In this document: positions 1 to 13,108 of the stretch, one piece after another
How positions within the stretch are numbered: the first letter of the stretch is position 1
How the letters are laid out: each line of letters opens with the position of its first letter
Notes under the pieces: generated by a model
The model's input: the letters and a program-made list of their open reading frames with translations, nothing else
What the model was told of the DNA's origin: nothing
Databases searched by the model: none
Position numbers and translations under genes: made by a program
Assembly: GCF_040938485.1 (NCBI RefSeq)
Contig: NW_027270922.1
Span: 2,418,001 to 2,482,000, forward strand
Direction: 5' to 3'
Length of the DNA: 64,000 bases
Source: Diadema antillarum
Lineage: Eukaryota

Positions 1-122
1 AAAAAGACATAACTTTTGAACGGATTGCCTGATTTTCCTCAAACTTTCATTGATGCTTTCTACTGATATTGCTGCAGTCACTCAATCCATATATGTGTTT
101 GGGTTTTCATCCTCCTGGTTAA
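1..122. mobile_element. Right end of a TTAA-flanked MITE (same family as 8098-8665), truncated by the window edge
   Basis: 'cataacttttgaacggattgcctgattttcctcaaactttca' matches 8558-8600 and the segment ends in TTAA (119-122). Confidence 0.5.
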
Positions 123-2251
123 GGTGTGTTACATTCATGACTGTCTCTGGTTTATATACATACATTTAGAGTTGAATGTATTACAATTAGCGTTTTTATT
201 ACATTTGGGGGTAATAAAGGTTTAGTTTTGCAGTGAGCGCCCGCTCACCCTTGAATAATCTATGATATAGCATACCGCAATCTATTGGAGCAAATGTGTG
301 AATTGATTTCACTGACATATTTGTTCATATTTGTTCATATTTGTTCATATATTCATATATGTAAATGGAGAGAGGGGGGTGAGTGAGAGAGAGAGAAAAA
401 TAATGCATTTGCACCTTGCGTCAACTTAAGCAGTGAGCAAAGGTGTGTGCACAGATGCCTGATATAAGAGATGATCGATACAAATTACAGCAAACATATA
501 CATTTCACAGTTTGCGCTGTATCATCGGTAGCAGGGTGCAATGTGTACACTTCATGCATCGAATAGCAAAGATCATTCCCAATCTAATCGCTCCTTCACT
601 CTCAAAATATTCAAATATGTACAAAAGAAGTCAGTACACTATGTTGGAAAGGTTGCGCGGATGGTTTTTATTGACATCTTTTGTTTGTTGTTGTTGATTT
701 ACTTATATGTCATATGCTGGTCGATTGTAATCATTTGCAATCATCTCTTAACCTGTGCTCTCCTTCACAACGCAAAAAGGAGAAAATTTTACGTCCATGC
801 ACGTAAACAAACTATATCTTTATTTGTTTCGAGAAATATGGCATCGTGTGACAAGTCTTATAGTGTCTTAGGCATTCATACGGATTCGCAGGAGCAGAAT
901 ACGCAATGTCAGTGAGTATGGCATTTGGAATGCTGTCACGACGGTTCTCATGATTTACCTCATTTGTACAGAGTATGTATTTCTTTATCACTACATTGTC
1001 CATTTCTCGCGTATCAGAGCGTAAACGGTACGGCTTTGAAGTTGTCAGGACAGAATGTCACTGGTAGACAAATTAGTCACATTTGAATAAACTAACAAAC
1101 ATACACATCTTGCAAGTAAGTCCATCATCATAGAGCAAAACAAAATCATTCTAGTGATACCTCACTTGATACAAACAAGGAATATTCTTGAAGTCTTGAT
1201 CCTTCCAAGCAGACACGGCGAGCTAAAATCCTTAAGAATGAGAGAAAGTACCCATATAATACATTGCTGTGGTATGTAGAGTTGAAAAATGTGACCTAGC
1301 TTCACATATATCCATGATATTTTTAGATAGCCCGGGAAGAATGGTTTGGTAAAATGATTTTGGAAGCCTGTAGCTGTGAAACCTATAGTATCCACTGAGC
1401 CGATCAGTGTCAATACCCCGGCATCGCTGAAGTACAAGTCAAGCATGCGCCCTGCATGTACTCTCGCTCGACAGCCAGTAACCCTTTAGCAAGGCAACAA
1501 GCTCAAGGCTACAGACCAGTTTCAGAGAGTATTCAATTCATAGTGACTTCATGATGGCCAACATATCATGTAAATCACATGTATCTTTATATATGTTTGT
1601 AGGAGCAGCTGTACATGTACTATACTTTTGTAACATTATTGTTTGCATTATTTTGTATCAGTGTTTCAAGACATTTCACTTTTTCACCTGTTTGAAGGAA
1701 TCGATTATGCTACTTTGCAGTTATTTTGTATTATTTGAATATGGAAACAAATAAATGAAATGAAATGAACCCCAGAGATCGAGACTCTGCCGTATGTCGG
1801 TACGATGGTTCAGTTGAATAAATCCTGGACTTATAAGATCTCGCGAATCCTTGTGTCACTGACACTTTTAAGACATATAATTATTCATACTTTCAGATTG
1901 TTTTTAAGCATAGATACACATTTAATTGTCTTGCAACAATTTATGATGTTTTTTACTTCACTTTAAACCCCGCAGTTCATTCACACCCAACACTGTACAG
2001 TACAGTAGTCGTCAGATGACTATCCTGAAAACCCCAGAATCGCCACAACCCCCAAATCATTAAAGCATCATGGGCAATATGTCTGGATCTCTTTTCAATG
2101 TACAACATTGCACATCAAAGTTCTTACATCTTTAAAGGGAACTAAAGAAAATCGTACCTTGTGCCCTAAATATTCTGATTCATAAATGATTATTCTACAC
2201 TCATACCAAAAGTCCCGGTGACTCTATTAGCAATAAATTTACGTCTAACAT

Positions 2252-2386
2252 AATGTAAGACGGAAAGATGGTACCCTAAACATTGGTTCATTTAGAAATC
2301 CAGTCCATTCCAAATCCTGTTTACAATTCCCACAGTTGCAAAGTTCCTGTATCCTTTCATTAGCAATGTCATGGAACTTCTCAGTA
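2252..2386 (+). repeat. 135-bp direct repeat, copy 1 (copy 2 at 7157-7291; shorter copies near 7295 and 7485)
   Basis: Near-identical sequence 'aatgtaagacgg...ggaacttctcagta' at both positions by direct comparison. Confidence 0.85.
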
Positions 2387-2543
2387 CATCTTACAGATTT
2401 TTGCAAACCCTGCCTCCCATGCCAAACGCGTCGTGCCCCTGTCCCAGCGTTTCGCGCTCCCCTGCAACCGATCACCTCCTCGCGACCTTTTCAACGAATT
2501 GGTGTAGATATTACCGAAATGCCCCTCTCGCCTCGAGGAAACA
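2387..2543 (+). mobile_element. Ty3/Gypsy LTR retrotransposon integrase, 5' part (zinc-binding CxxC and first catalytic Asp), interrupted by a LINE
   Basis: Translation DFCKPCLPCQTRRAPVP...PLQPITSSRPFQRIGVDITEMPLSPRGN is typical of Gypsy integrase. The frame rejoins 4521 exactly. Confidence 0.85.
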
Positions 2544-4520
2544 GTGCATCTGACTCTGCGGAGAAGAAAATAAGGTATCCCCAAACACCCCAACTGTTTA
2601 CCAATACGTTCCTTTTTTGACAAGGTAATGCCCAAAGACACTGAGGAAATACTACGGAACCTCCCATTTATAATAAATCTACTGGACCAGACAATTTCCC
2701 CGCAAAGCTCCTGAAACCAATAGCCTCCATTATTGCACCCCCACTGACACACATTCTTAACCAGTCACTGCAACTAGGTATTATACCTAGTCAGTGGAAG
2801 TGCGCACGCATCACTCCAATTCACAAAGGCGGCAACAAATCAGACATTGAAAATTATCGCCCTATATCTGTTATTTCGATTTTGGGCAAAGTAATGGAAA
2901 AAGTTGTATGTAATCAAGTTAATAATTTTTTGAATGAAAATAAGATATTAACAGAATGTCAATCAGGTTTTAGACCAATGCACTCAACGCAAACTGCATT
3001 ATTAAACGTAACAGAAAAATGGTTGGATGCGATTGATAAAGGTAATATTGTTGATCTTGTGACAATCGACCTCAAGAAAGCGTTCGATACTGTCGACCAT
3101 TGTATATTATTGCAGAAGTTAGAAATGTATGGATTTGGTCAACATGCACTGAGGTGGTTCAGAAATTATCTTGAAGATAGAAAACAATATAAGTCTGTGA
3201 ATGGTTATATATCTACTGAATCTGATTTGAAATGTGGTGTACCCCAGGGCTCACTTCTAGGCCCTTTATTATTTTCTATTTTTGTTAATGATATGCCATA
3301 CAATGTAAATCATTGCGAGCTATCTTTGTACGCAGACGATACCTGTTTGTTTACTGCATCGAAAGAGCCAACTGATATTACCAGGAAATTGAATGTTGAT
3401 TTGCTTAGGTTATCCAGCTGGTCTAAACAAAATAAACTCACCGTGAATGCAAAGAAATGTGAAGTAATGTTTCTCGGTACACATCAGCGATTGAAAGAGT
3501 ACCAAACAGTACTTAACAGTTGTCATATTTATATAGATGATAATGAAATAAAGAGAAATGAATGTTGTAAATACTTAGGTGTTATTATTGATCAGAATTT
3601 GTGTTGGAAACAACATGCTGATTATGTGAAGAAAAAAGTTGTTATATCTATTTCGTAGAATAAGATTGTATATTGATAGACGCACGGCATTATTGTTTTA
3701 CAAATCAATTATTTAGCCTAATTTTGACTACTGCGATGTAGTTTGGGCAAACACATACAAGTCCTATCTTAATGAATTACAACTATTACAAAATCGGGCA
3801 CTTCGGATTGTACTGAATGTAGATTATCTATTTCCTTCGCAAAATTTGTATGATGTACTTACACTAGAAAGACTTAGTGTGCGTTGGAGAAAACACTCAG
3901 CATGCGTTATGTACCAAATAACCCATCATATTTAAGCAGTATGTTTCATGTGCGTGAAACCCCATATGTAACGAGATCTGGCAAACATAAACTCAAACTC
4001 CCCCAACCCAAAACTAATTATGGTATACGATCTTTGATCTATCGTGGCGCAAAATTATGGAATGACCTAGATATGATGGTAAATTTGTTTCAGTTGAGAG
4101 TTTTAAACGTTATTTGAAGACCATTCCAATTGCATTGAATGCTTTATATTATTGAGTTTATGGCATTTTGATTTGGTACAATGTACGAGATATTGTTTTT
4201 GTTTAGCTCTTTTTTTTCTCTCTCTCTTCTTTTTTTTTTCTCCCTACCTCTGATTTTTTTTGCTCCTTATTGTTTGAGTTCTTTTTTTCCTTATATGTAC
4301 CTCGCGTATACTTATATTTGTTTACTGTTTCAGCTAAATTTGTGTATTTCTTGTACAGTCATTTTTTTCATTTGTTGTTGTTGTTTTTTACTACTCTCCC
4401 TATTGAATGTTTTGTGTATTGTTATGTTGCTTTTACTTTGGTTGGACCCCTTCGAAAAACAGCAATTTGCTGAAAAGGCTATCCATCCCACAAGTGGTAA
4501 ATAAATCAATACAAATACAA
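2544..4520 (+). mobile_element. 5'-truncated CR1/L2-group non-LTR retrotransposon (LINE) with 3' UTR and short-repeat tail
   Basis: KSTGPD...LKPIA...WKCARITPIHKGG...NYRPIS, DLKKAFDTVDH, GVPQGSLLGPLLF, LYADDT, KYLGVIID, then frameshifted FDYCDVVW...LQNRALR and RGAKLWN. Ends in AATAAA plus (CAAATA)-like repeats at 4498-4520. Confidence 0.92.
2882..3658 (+). pseudogene. LINE ORF2 reverse transcriptase domain (open segment; homology extends 5' to ~2670 and 3' with frameshifts)
   Basis: ORF track 258 aa containing the QGS and YADD RT motifs. Confidence 0.9.
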
Positions 4521-5545
4521 AACATATACTTGTAGTCGAAGACTACTTTACCAAATATATCAACCTATATCCCCTACCCCATCAGACAGCTGATGCTGTT
4601 GCAAGCTGCCTCTTCGACAAATTCATTTGCCATCATGGCATCCCTGAATCCATCTACTCCGATCAGGGTCGTCAATTTGAGTCCCGGGTTATGAGTACAT
4701 TGTGTCAAAAGCTTGACATCTCTAAGACTCGCACCACCCCATACCATCCTCAGTCTGATGGCATGGTGGAGCGACACAACCGGACCTTGAAACTGGAAAT
4801 TGGTAAGCGCCTCTCCTCCGCCCTCACTGACTGGGACCTTGTCCTCAGTCAACATCAATTCACATGCAATACGACACATCACTCCACTACTGGCTTCACC
4901 CCCTTCTTTCTAGTCCACGGTCGTGAGGCAAGGCTGCCTCTCTCCCTCTTCACATCATCAGACCCCGTTGTCCCTTCTCATACACCAGATGATTATGCGA
5001 AGACTCTCCTCATCCGCCTGCACTCTGCATTTGAGCATGCTGACGCCAAAACAGCAAAAGCGCGGAACTCACAAAAGTCCCACTATGACAAGTCAGTGCA
5101 ATTTGTGCCATACAACATAGGTGATAAGGTACTAATGACAAATCCAACTGCATCACGAGACAAGCTAGGTGAAAAATGGAAAGGCCCATATTGCATTGTG
5201 CGTAGAGATGAGCAAGGCATCATATACCACCTTTCGTGCATGTCTTACCCAAACTCCCGTCCAAAGGGCATTCACTACAATCGTCTCAAGCCTTATCTTG
5301 AGCCTCCACCATCCCCACCTCAACCTGAAAACCAAGTACCACCAACTACCAATGATCAATCGACATCTGTCCTTGTCCCGGTTTTCACAGACACCACTTT
5401 ACCATCTCAGGAGTTGCCTACAACCCCTACCCCACCTTCCCCCTCCCAGGATGCTCACTCTCGAAACCATGACCCCAGATATCAAACCTAATCAGGCCGA
5501 GTTATGTACGACCGCCTGATTATTTTGGCAATCCAGTTCCCTCCG
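4521..5545 (+). mobile_element. Ty3/Gypsy integrase, 3' part (rve core and C-terminal domain; ORF stop at 5491)
   Basis: HILVVEDYFTKY...HGIPESIYSDQGRQFES...TTPYHPQSDGMVERHNRTLK...HSTTGFTPFFLVHGRE...KWKGPY...IHYNRLKPY. Open from 4523 to 5491, followed by a frameshifted RPPDYFG tail. Confidence 0.93.
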
Positions 5546-7156
5546 ATTTATAATGTTATTTTTCGTCTATTTCCTTGTATCCCCAGGTAACTTTTTCCTT
5601 GGAGTCTCACTTACTAACCTCTTTTCTATAATGTGTCACCCTCTTATTACCTTTCTTTCCCCTTTTTTCTATTTATCCTTACATTCCTATTTCTCATCAC
5701 ACCTTGCAATTCACGTCGACCATTTTTTGATGCTTTATGATTTTTGTAATTGTTTGTGAAGAGCTTTACTTCCAATGTTTTGCATCTCTTTTGAGTTGGT
5801 GCAGTAATTGTGTATTTTGGTTATATGAATTTTAATTGATCATACCCATATTATTCGCTGAAGCGCTCATTTCCTCCTGTTTGTTTTTTTGTCAATGGAC
5901 TAGTGATTAGTACTTTTGTTATGTATAATGTATATATTACATGACTTCACTTTCTCTCATATTTGTACGATAATATTGTTGTGATGTAGGCTTAGAGCAC
6001 TGTGCATTTTATCATATGATAACAATATTTTTTTTTTCACCAATGCATTGCATTTTTTTTTTGAAGTTATTACAGGCATGCTTTCCTTTGTTGGATTTGC
6101 CTGTGTCTTTCATTCGGTGTGATACACACGGACAACATAGTTTGAAAGTTGATTGTTGAACATGTGATATCAACATAATTTATGTTTGAACTGTATCCCA
6201 CCAAATTTAGTGTCTATCATTTGCCACCACACAACTTCATAATTATATGCTACATATATTTACATTAAACTCTATTTAGAAGTTTTATCTAATAATCATA
6301 TTATATTTGAGCCTCACCATCTGTCTCGTTTCCATGATACTTTAAGAAGCTGACCTTGCCCAGTACAACTAACCTTTCATTGCTACCTCCTCATGTTTTA
6401 CCTTTGCCAAGTGATCACAATATGTCTGTTAGTTTACACTGATTTTTTTAATGAATTTTAAGGCAAATCCAGTACTTTTTATTTTTTTGATAACATGAGT
6501 ACCATATGATTTCTTGTTTCTATTGACTAATTGTTAATAGTTTAATGATGACAATGTTTGTTCTGTAGTTTTTCATTTTAATCACAGTTGATGTTATTTT
6601 TTTTTTTTAGTTGAGTATTTTGGTTGTTGGTATTTCTCTCCTGAGAATTCTCATGAATTTTGATATTGCGTTTTAATGTATCCTTTAGTGTTTACCATTT
6701 TTTTTAAAAATTCTATATGAGCATTTTCCTCACACTGTTTTTTCCGTCTTGCTACAGACAGTTATTGCCCCAATCTATTCCACTTTTGGTTTTCCTTAGT
6801 CCACCAAAGTGATTACCTTCAGTGTTTAATTTCATTTTCGACATTCGTGGATATCTTGGGTTCGTCTGCTTGCGTTCTGTATATCTACATTCATTGCATT
6901 CCCTTAATAGGTTGATGGAATGTCTCATAATTATATATACTACATCGGATTCAATTGAATCCTAATTTCTCATAATTTTTATGATTTTAGTTGTGTTTTG
7001 TATTTTCCACATCTCCTGTTAATATGTTTTTTTTATTTATTTCCGTTCCTAGTTAGATTTCTTTTGGGCAATGCCCTTATTAAGCGATTTTTTTTCTTCA
7101 ATATCCATCAGTTTGTAATCATGAAACGAGGACGTTTCTTTTTGAAAGATGGAACG

Positions 7157-7291
7157 AATGTAAGACGGAACGATGGTACCCTAAACATAGGTTCATTTAG
7201 AAATCCAGTCCATCCCAAATCCTGTTTACAATTCCCACAGTTGCAAAGTTCATATATCCTTTCATTAGCAATGTCATGGAACTTCTCAGTA
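7157..7291 (+). repeat. 135-bp direct repeat, copy 2
   Basis: Matches 2252-2386; followed at once by a shorter, more diverged copy (~7293-7360). Confidence 0.85.
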
Positions 7292-7687
7292 AACTCCTGT
7301 TTACAATTCCCACAGTTTAAAAGTTACTATATTCTTTCATTAGCAATGTCAGTGAATTTCCCAACAAACTTGTCAAGTAATAGTCCACCATCACAATATA
7401 CCATTTCCTCTAGTAAACCCCCATTAAACTGATTCTTAATCCTTTCCTTTGTTCTCCCGGTCAAGCCAAGTCAATCCAGACTCCTGTATTTACAATTCCC
7501 ACAGTCAGTCCTTTGTCTCATAGTTTTATTACAGGTAACCAAAGTAATTCTTACATCACAGACCCCTTGCTTACTGAACCTGATATATCTGACCCTCACA
7601 TGTTGAGAGGGATCATTCTGGACGCCCCCGTCTTGGGCAGAAGTCCTCAACTCTGATTCTCCCTGGCCATCAGATATATGGCTTTGT

Positions 7688-7899
7688 TGTAACCTTATAG
7701 GGAGTGCTCTTATATATTCGCTGTCATTTTACGCTGGATATACAGATTGTGTATATCTACTATCAATAAATATACATACGTTATGAACTGAATATCGAAC
7801 TGTGTACTTCGCATTTCTTCGCGTCTGAATGTACAGTAAGAGTTGTGATTGTACCACGCTACATCACCCGACAAGGGACTCACAATTCACGCTCTTACA
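7688..7899 (+). mobile_element. Possible LTR (TGTAA...TTACA termini, internal AATAAA)
   Basis: Starts tgtaacc, ends ttaca, AATAAA near 7766. No TSD, PPT or partner LTR seen. Confidence 0.35.
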
Positions 7900-8097
7900 G
7901 TAATATGTTAGAATGTACTTTACGATACGTTACCCACATACTCAGTTCGCAGCCCTTTACACAGCCTTTGTACAGTGCCAAGATACATAATATACCTTTA
8001 CTCGTAGTATTGCGATAGCTTATTATTATATTTCATGTTGCGACATTGCATATAAAACCCGCCGCACACTATACGACTCACGACTATACAACCTTAA

Positions 8098-8665
8098 AGG
8101 ACAAGTTCACCTTCATAAACATAAGGATTGAGAAAATGCAACAACATTAGTAGAACACATCAGTGAAAGTTTGAGGAAAATTGGACAATCGATGCAAAAG
8201 TTATGAATTTTTAAAATTTTTGTGTTGGAACCGCTGGATGAGGAGACTACTACAGCTTGTGAGTCATATGCGTACAACAGGATAAAGAAAATGTAAAGAA
8301 AATTCAACATATTTTCACTTTTTTCGCATAATAAAAGAGCACTTGACTTGTCTCTTTCTAAAAGCAGGGGGGATAATATTACCCCTAACATATGTCGGTA
8401 ACGAGTCAAGGGAATATGTACTTTTTTCAAAAGATGGAATTTTGTGAAATTCTCTTTATATTTTCCTTATATTGTTGTACGCATGTGACATCTGAGTTAT
8501 TCATACACTGCAGTACTCTTCTCATCCAGCGGTTACTACACAAAAACTTCAAAAATTCATAACTTTTGAACGGGTTGTCCGATTTTCCTCAAACTTTCAA
8601 TGACGTGTTCTCCTAATATTGCTACATTCTCTCAATCCTTATGTTTATGAGGGTGAACTTGTCCT
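8098..8665. mobile_element. Non-autonomous DNA transposon with long TIRs and TTAA target duplication (Kolobok-like)
   Basis: TTAA|AGGACAAGTTCACC...GGTGAACTTGTCCT|TTAA; imperfect inverted arms of about 200 bp. Confidence 0.85.
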
Positions 8666-8985
8666 TTAAGACCATGAGACCCGGTCGTACGACCTAGCAA
8701 CGCTCTATACGATCAGACCACACAACGAGGCTTACGACCTTTCTGGCTTCATTTTTTTTTTTTTAAACCAATGAATATGGAAGAGTACGCAGTGCCCATT
8801 GCGTGCGCTTTTATATTCATTGCATAATACTGTATCGTGACTGGCTGAAAGTCCATGACCGGTCGTGGAAATTCAACATGTCAAATCTCTACGACTGGCG
8901 CTAAGACCCAGTCGTACGACTGAAACGGGCAACGCTGGTTACGTCACACTTCCGGTCTTAAGGTCGTACAACCGATCCGAAGCGT

Positions 8986-9225
8986 CAGATACATATCTCG
9001 ACCTATTGAAAAGAAACAAAGAAACAAACATTGTACAGATGGACAGTTTACTACTGCGCGCGTAAAAGGTGACCTTACCTCTTTCACTTGACTTCCTCGT
9101 CGAAAATCAAATTGTGTGCGCTCAATGGGGCTAGATCTACCGTAACAACATGCATAGTGGAAAACTGTCCATCTGTACAACATTTGTTTGTTTGTTTCTT
9201 TTCAATAGGTCGAGATATGTATCTG
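8986..9225. mobile_element. Small foldback element (~80-bp inverted arms)
   Basis: cagatacatatctcgacctattgaaaagaaacaaa is mirrored by tttgtttcttttcaataggtcgagatatgtatctg. Confidence 0.75.
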
Positions 9226-9293
9226 TATTGTCCGTAGCCTATAGGATGTGGGAAAAAATATACTCGCTTTGATTTCTTTTTATCTATTTATTT

Positions 9294-9435
9294 NNNNNNN
9301 NNNNNNNNNNNNNNNNNNNNNNNNNNNNNNNNNNNNNNNNNNNNNNNNNNNNNNNNNNNNNNNNNNNNNNNNNNNNNNNNNNNNNNNNNNNNNNNNNNNN
9401 NNNNNNNNNNNNNNNNNNNNNNNNNNNNNNNNNNN
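9294..9435. other. Assembly gap (N run)
   Basis: Run of N. Confidence 0.99.
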
Positions 9436-10849
9436 GCAAGCACGCGTTATAGCGCATGCGCAAAACGGCCCGCATAATGTTATAGGTGCTGACCTTGGAA
9501 TGCTTCCCGGGATTTTACCAGCGATGCCTATCATACTACTGCGTCACCCGACAATTCCCGCGAGATCTTGGGTAAAATTTGCGAAGACTGAAAGAGGTGT
9601 TAGAGGGCAACGGGCACCAATCGCATTTAATTTGCGGAAGAACAACAATGATTGCCAACAACTGTCAGAGTCGCAAAAAAAAAAAAAACACGGAAAAACC
9701 TAAACTATGAGGAACGTAGACGCGCCGGAACACTAGTCAAATTTACCCGAGTGATCTCCCGTAGTGCAGTAGGGATATCATTAGTCTTCATTATCTTAAT
9801 ACCTTACGTCAAACAAACTTAAATTTTCGGTTACCTCTCAAATAAATGATATCGATTATTTTTTCTCTAGTCCAGAAATCAATCATACGTTGCATATACC
9901 CAATGTCTGGACTAAACCGCATGCTGAAAACCTATCTGCACACACGTAGACAAGAAATTAAAACCTCTATTGTTGCCTTTCCCTTGCTTAATATATAATT
10001 AACCGGGGTAATAATTCTAATGAATATGCAATAAACGGTATACTCCCAGGGAGTATGACCCCAGCTTGAGAAGGATGGGCTTAATCTTAGACTTTTAGTG
10101 ACTGTATAAGATCTCGATCTCCTGTAGTGTTTTTCTCTCTTGATTGTGTATGGTCATAATATGCAAAGTCGCTACTTTCGTAGATGTTATGACTAGAACA
10201 TTACTTTTTTTGTTATAGCATTGGCATTTACATCTCGTTTATCTGTTTGTATCTTTTTTTCTGACATACTATGTATCCATTTTCATACAGAATAAAACAA
10301 GTCAAATCAAATCAAATCAAACGTAATTTTTATAGAATGTAAGTGTGCCAAACCACTCCTTATATCACCTTATCGTGGTTAAAGCGCATGACATTGAAAA
10401 GTTTTACACAATCATTGTATCAAGTCTATGACATCACTGAAGAGTCAGATATTGTCTTGTACGGCAACGAGGAAAAATGAAAACGCTTTATTCAGAGAGC
10501 TCTCCATCCAATAAAAGATATGGATTTTCCATGTTATTGATGAAGGGTTGTTTAATGTTTGCCATTAAATCTGGAGCAATCGTTCGTCTTCAAAGGGGCT
10601 ACATGTGATATTGATTGTTCTTCTGTGCGATGTGTCATTTGGTTACTAATAAAAAAAAATCTCTAATGATGCAAAGTTTGTATATAATATATGTTCGAGA
10701 ATCGAGCTGGTCAAAACATACGTTACTATAAATTGTGTTTTCGTACGATATCCGTTGTAACATGACATACAACAATCCATTTTCACAATTGTTATTTTCC
10801 CAAGTGAAATAGTCCATAAGTAACCAGTGTACAAGTACATGATATCTTA

Positions 10850-12150
10850 CATGTTTTTATTGGTTCCTGTATCATCATTGTACTTGAGCATACATATACA
10901 TACACTGTTGGGGCCACACATTGTTTATACATAAACATCAGTTGTTAACAAGATATTTTTCTTCATTGTCTTTACACAATGTTAGTACAGCAGAAACGTA
11001 TCAGCAATACAACCGTACAATGAATGATATGACTACTTGCGTGCAGCCTTCATACATAATACACCTAGAAAAAATAGGAGGGAGGGATGACTTGCGTAGA
11101 GATAGGATAGTAGCATAAAGAAATGGGAAGGAGAGGTCTGTCTGCTTTCACTAAAGGCTTACGCAAATTAGTTCACCTGGATCACTCATCAGTAAGGCAT
11201 GACAAAATATTTCTCACCGAGGTACAGGTGAACAATATTACAGTTCATGGTTGGTTATATGATTACGCAATAGATGAAATGTGGCGAAATTTCTACGAAA
11301 GAATTTCGTATATCATACACTAGCAAAATGACAACGAAGTAACTGATATCCAGAGAGCAACATTGTTTTTACAGCTTTCCTAAAAGAGTACATGGACTTT
11401 CATCTTCGAATTTCAGAAGGAAGAGAATTCCAAACATCGGATCCAGTGTGTCTGATAGATTTCAGAGCCATCACTGTTTTAGGATTATAAAAATGAAATT
11501 TATCAGATTGTCTTGTGGGATAAGAATGACATTGTATGTCCTTGTTTGATTGAAATAGTGAGAAGAAAGAAGATGGCAACTGACCATTATCTAAGCGAAA
11601 CATAAAGAGTGAGTTTTGCAAAAAATTAATGTAATTTATCTTGAGTCTTTTTATTTCAGCGAATAAAGGATCTGAATGGTCTCGATAACCTGGGCTGGTG
11701 CACATACGTATAGCTTTCTTTTGTAGAAGTAATAGTAATGTGACTTTTTGAAGTTGCCCATACAATGTTGCAGTATGAAATGTACGGTGATATCAACGAG
11801 TTACATAGCATGAATAAAATATTCTTAGGGACATAATACTTAAAAGGTTATGGAGTATACCAACGTTACGAGACACTTTATCAGAGATGTATTGCACATG
11901 AGTGTTCCATTTCATATTTTCATTTACATGATATTCCGAGAAATTTGATACTTTCTTTTTGTTCCAGTGATATACCATCCACCGTAATATTCAAATGTTG
12001 CATTTCATTTTTATGCTTCTTATTATGAAAATAAATAAAATTTGTCTTTTCAAGTTAAGTGATAATCTATTACTCTTAAACCATACAGACAATTTCAGTA
12101 ATTCAGTATTAAGGGTTCTTAGGAGTAAATGAAAATCAGAATTTGAGCAG
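10850..12150 (-). mobile_element. Degenerate 5'-truncated CR1/L2-group LINE inserted in the 3' flank of sulfotransferase copy 1 (boundaries approximate)
   Basis: Minus-strand LNTELLKLSVWFKSNRLSLNLK, LLLQKKAIRM...HSDPLF...WNSLPSEIR. Flank homology to copy 4 stops near 12150 and resumes near 10830. Confidence 0.8.
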
Positions 12151-13108
12151 AATACATACATATCTGCCTGGTGAAACATGAATCATCTTAAAGCTAAAGA
12201 GCTGTAGCAGCAATATCTCCTCTGGCATAGTAGTACTAAAACAGTCGAGTAATGTGACGTACATTATCAACTCTAAGAATCTTAGGCATTCTTTGCATTT
12301 TATAAAGACTAATACCTATGAAATGGAATTCCTCAATTGTAAAAATGCAAGAGTCTACACTATAGGCTCCTATCTGAGTACGTGACAAGTGAGTTACGAT
12401 AACTTTTGGAAGAACTTTTGATTTGCCCCCAAAACCAACGATTCCGTGGGATACTATAGATTTGAACATGATAGTACCATGTAGTGATTTAAAATCTGAT
12501 AGCATCGTAGTCATGGCTGGAATTCATGTCAACCAAACAAAGGAAAAACAAGGTTACCACTATTCCATTTCTGTAAAACACTTTAATATCTATAGCAATT
12601 CACATTTTACGTAATTGTATAGCAAGCGGTTGCTACTTAGGTCTAGTTACCCACTATTTAATGAATCTTACGCGTTCAATGGATTTCGTCATGGCTTAAT
12701 TATGAACTGCATTTCATCGATTTCAGCTAAGAATGGAGAATTCTGCGCTTTGCAAACCTCAATACGTCTTTCTGAGTATGTGGCAAGTAGATACGACTTT
12801 TTAAAGAGCTATTGGTCTGTGCCAGAAACCAACAATTTCATGTAATGATATCTTTGAAAATGATATTAATATGATTTCAAATCTGACAGCATTTTAGTCA
12901 TGGTCACATTGAAACGTGTCTGGAACTCATGTTTAGCAAACGAAGGATGTAACACTACTTCATTCCTGTAATTCATATTCTACGCTCGTATTATAGGAAA
13001 TTGTCAAGTGGGGGAAATTACATGCACGAGGAATACCACGATTAATGACGCAAACCTAAGTCAATAAGTTTATTTTCTAGCTGAGGTGTAATTACTGTCC
13101 CGAACTTA

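Noticed and set aside
1162-1446. Minus-strand ORF resembling a Cys-loop receptor M1 region (GHIFQLYIP)
   Set aside because: Short resemblance, no M2/M3 continuation or splice structure, and the DNA aligns with a repeat at ~44.1 kb whose coding signal is on the plus strand.
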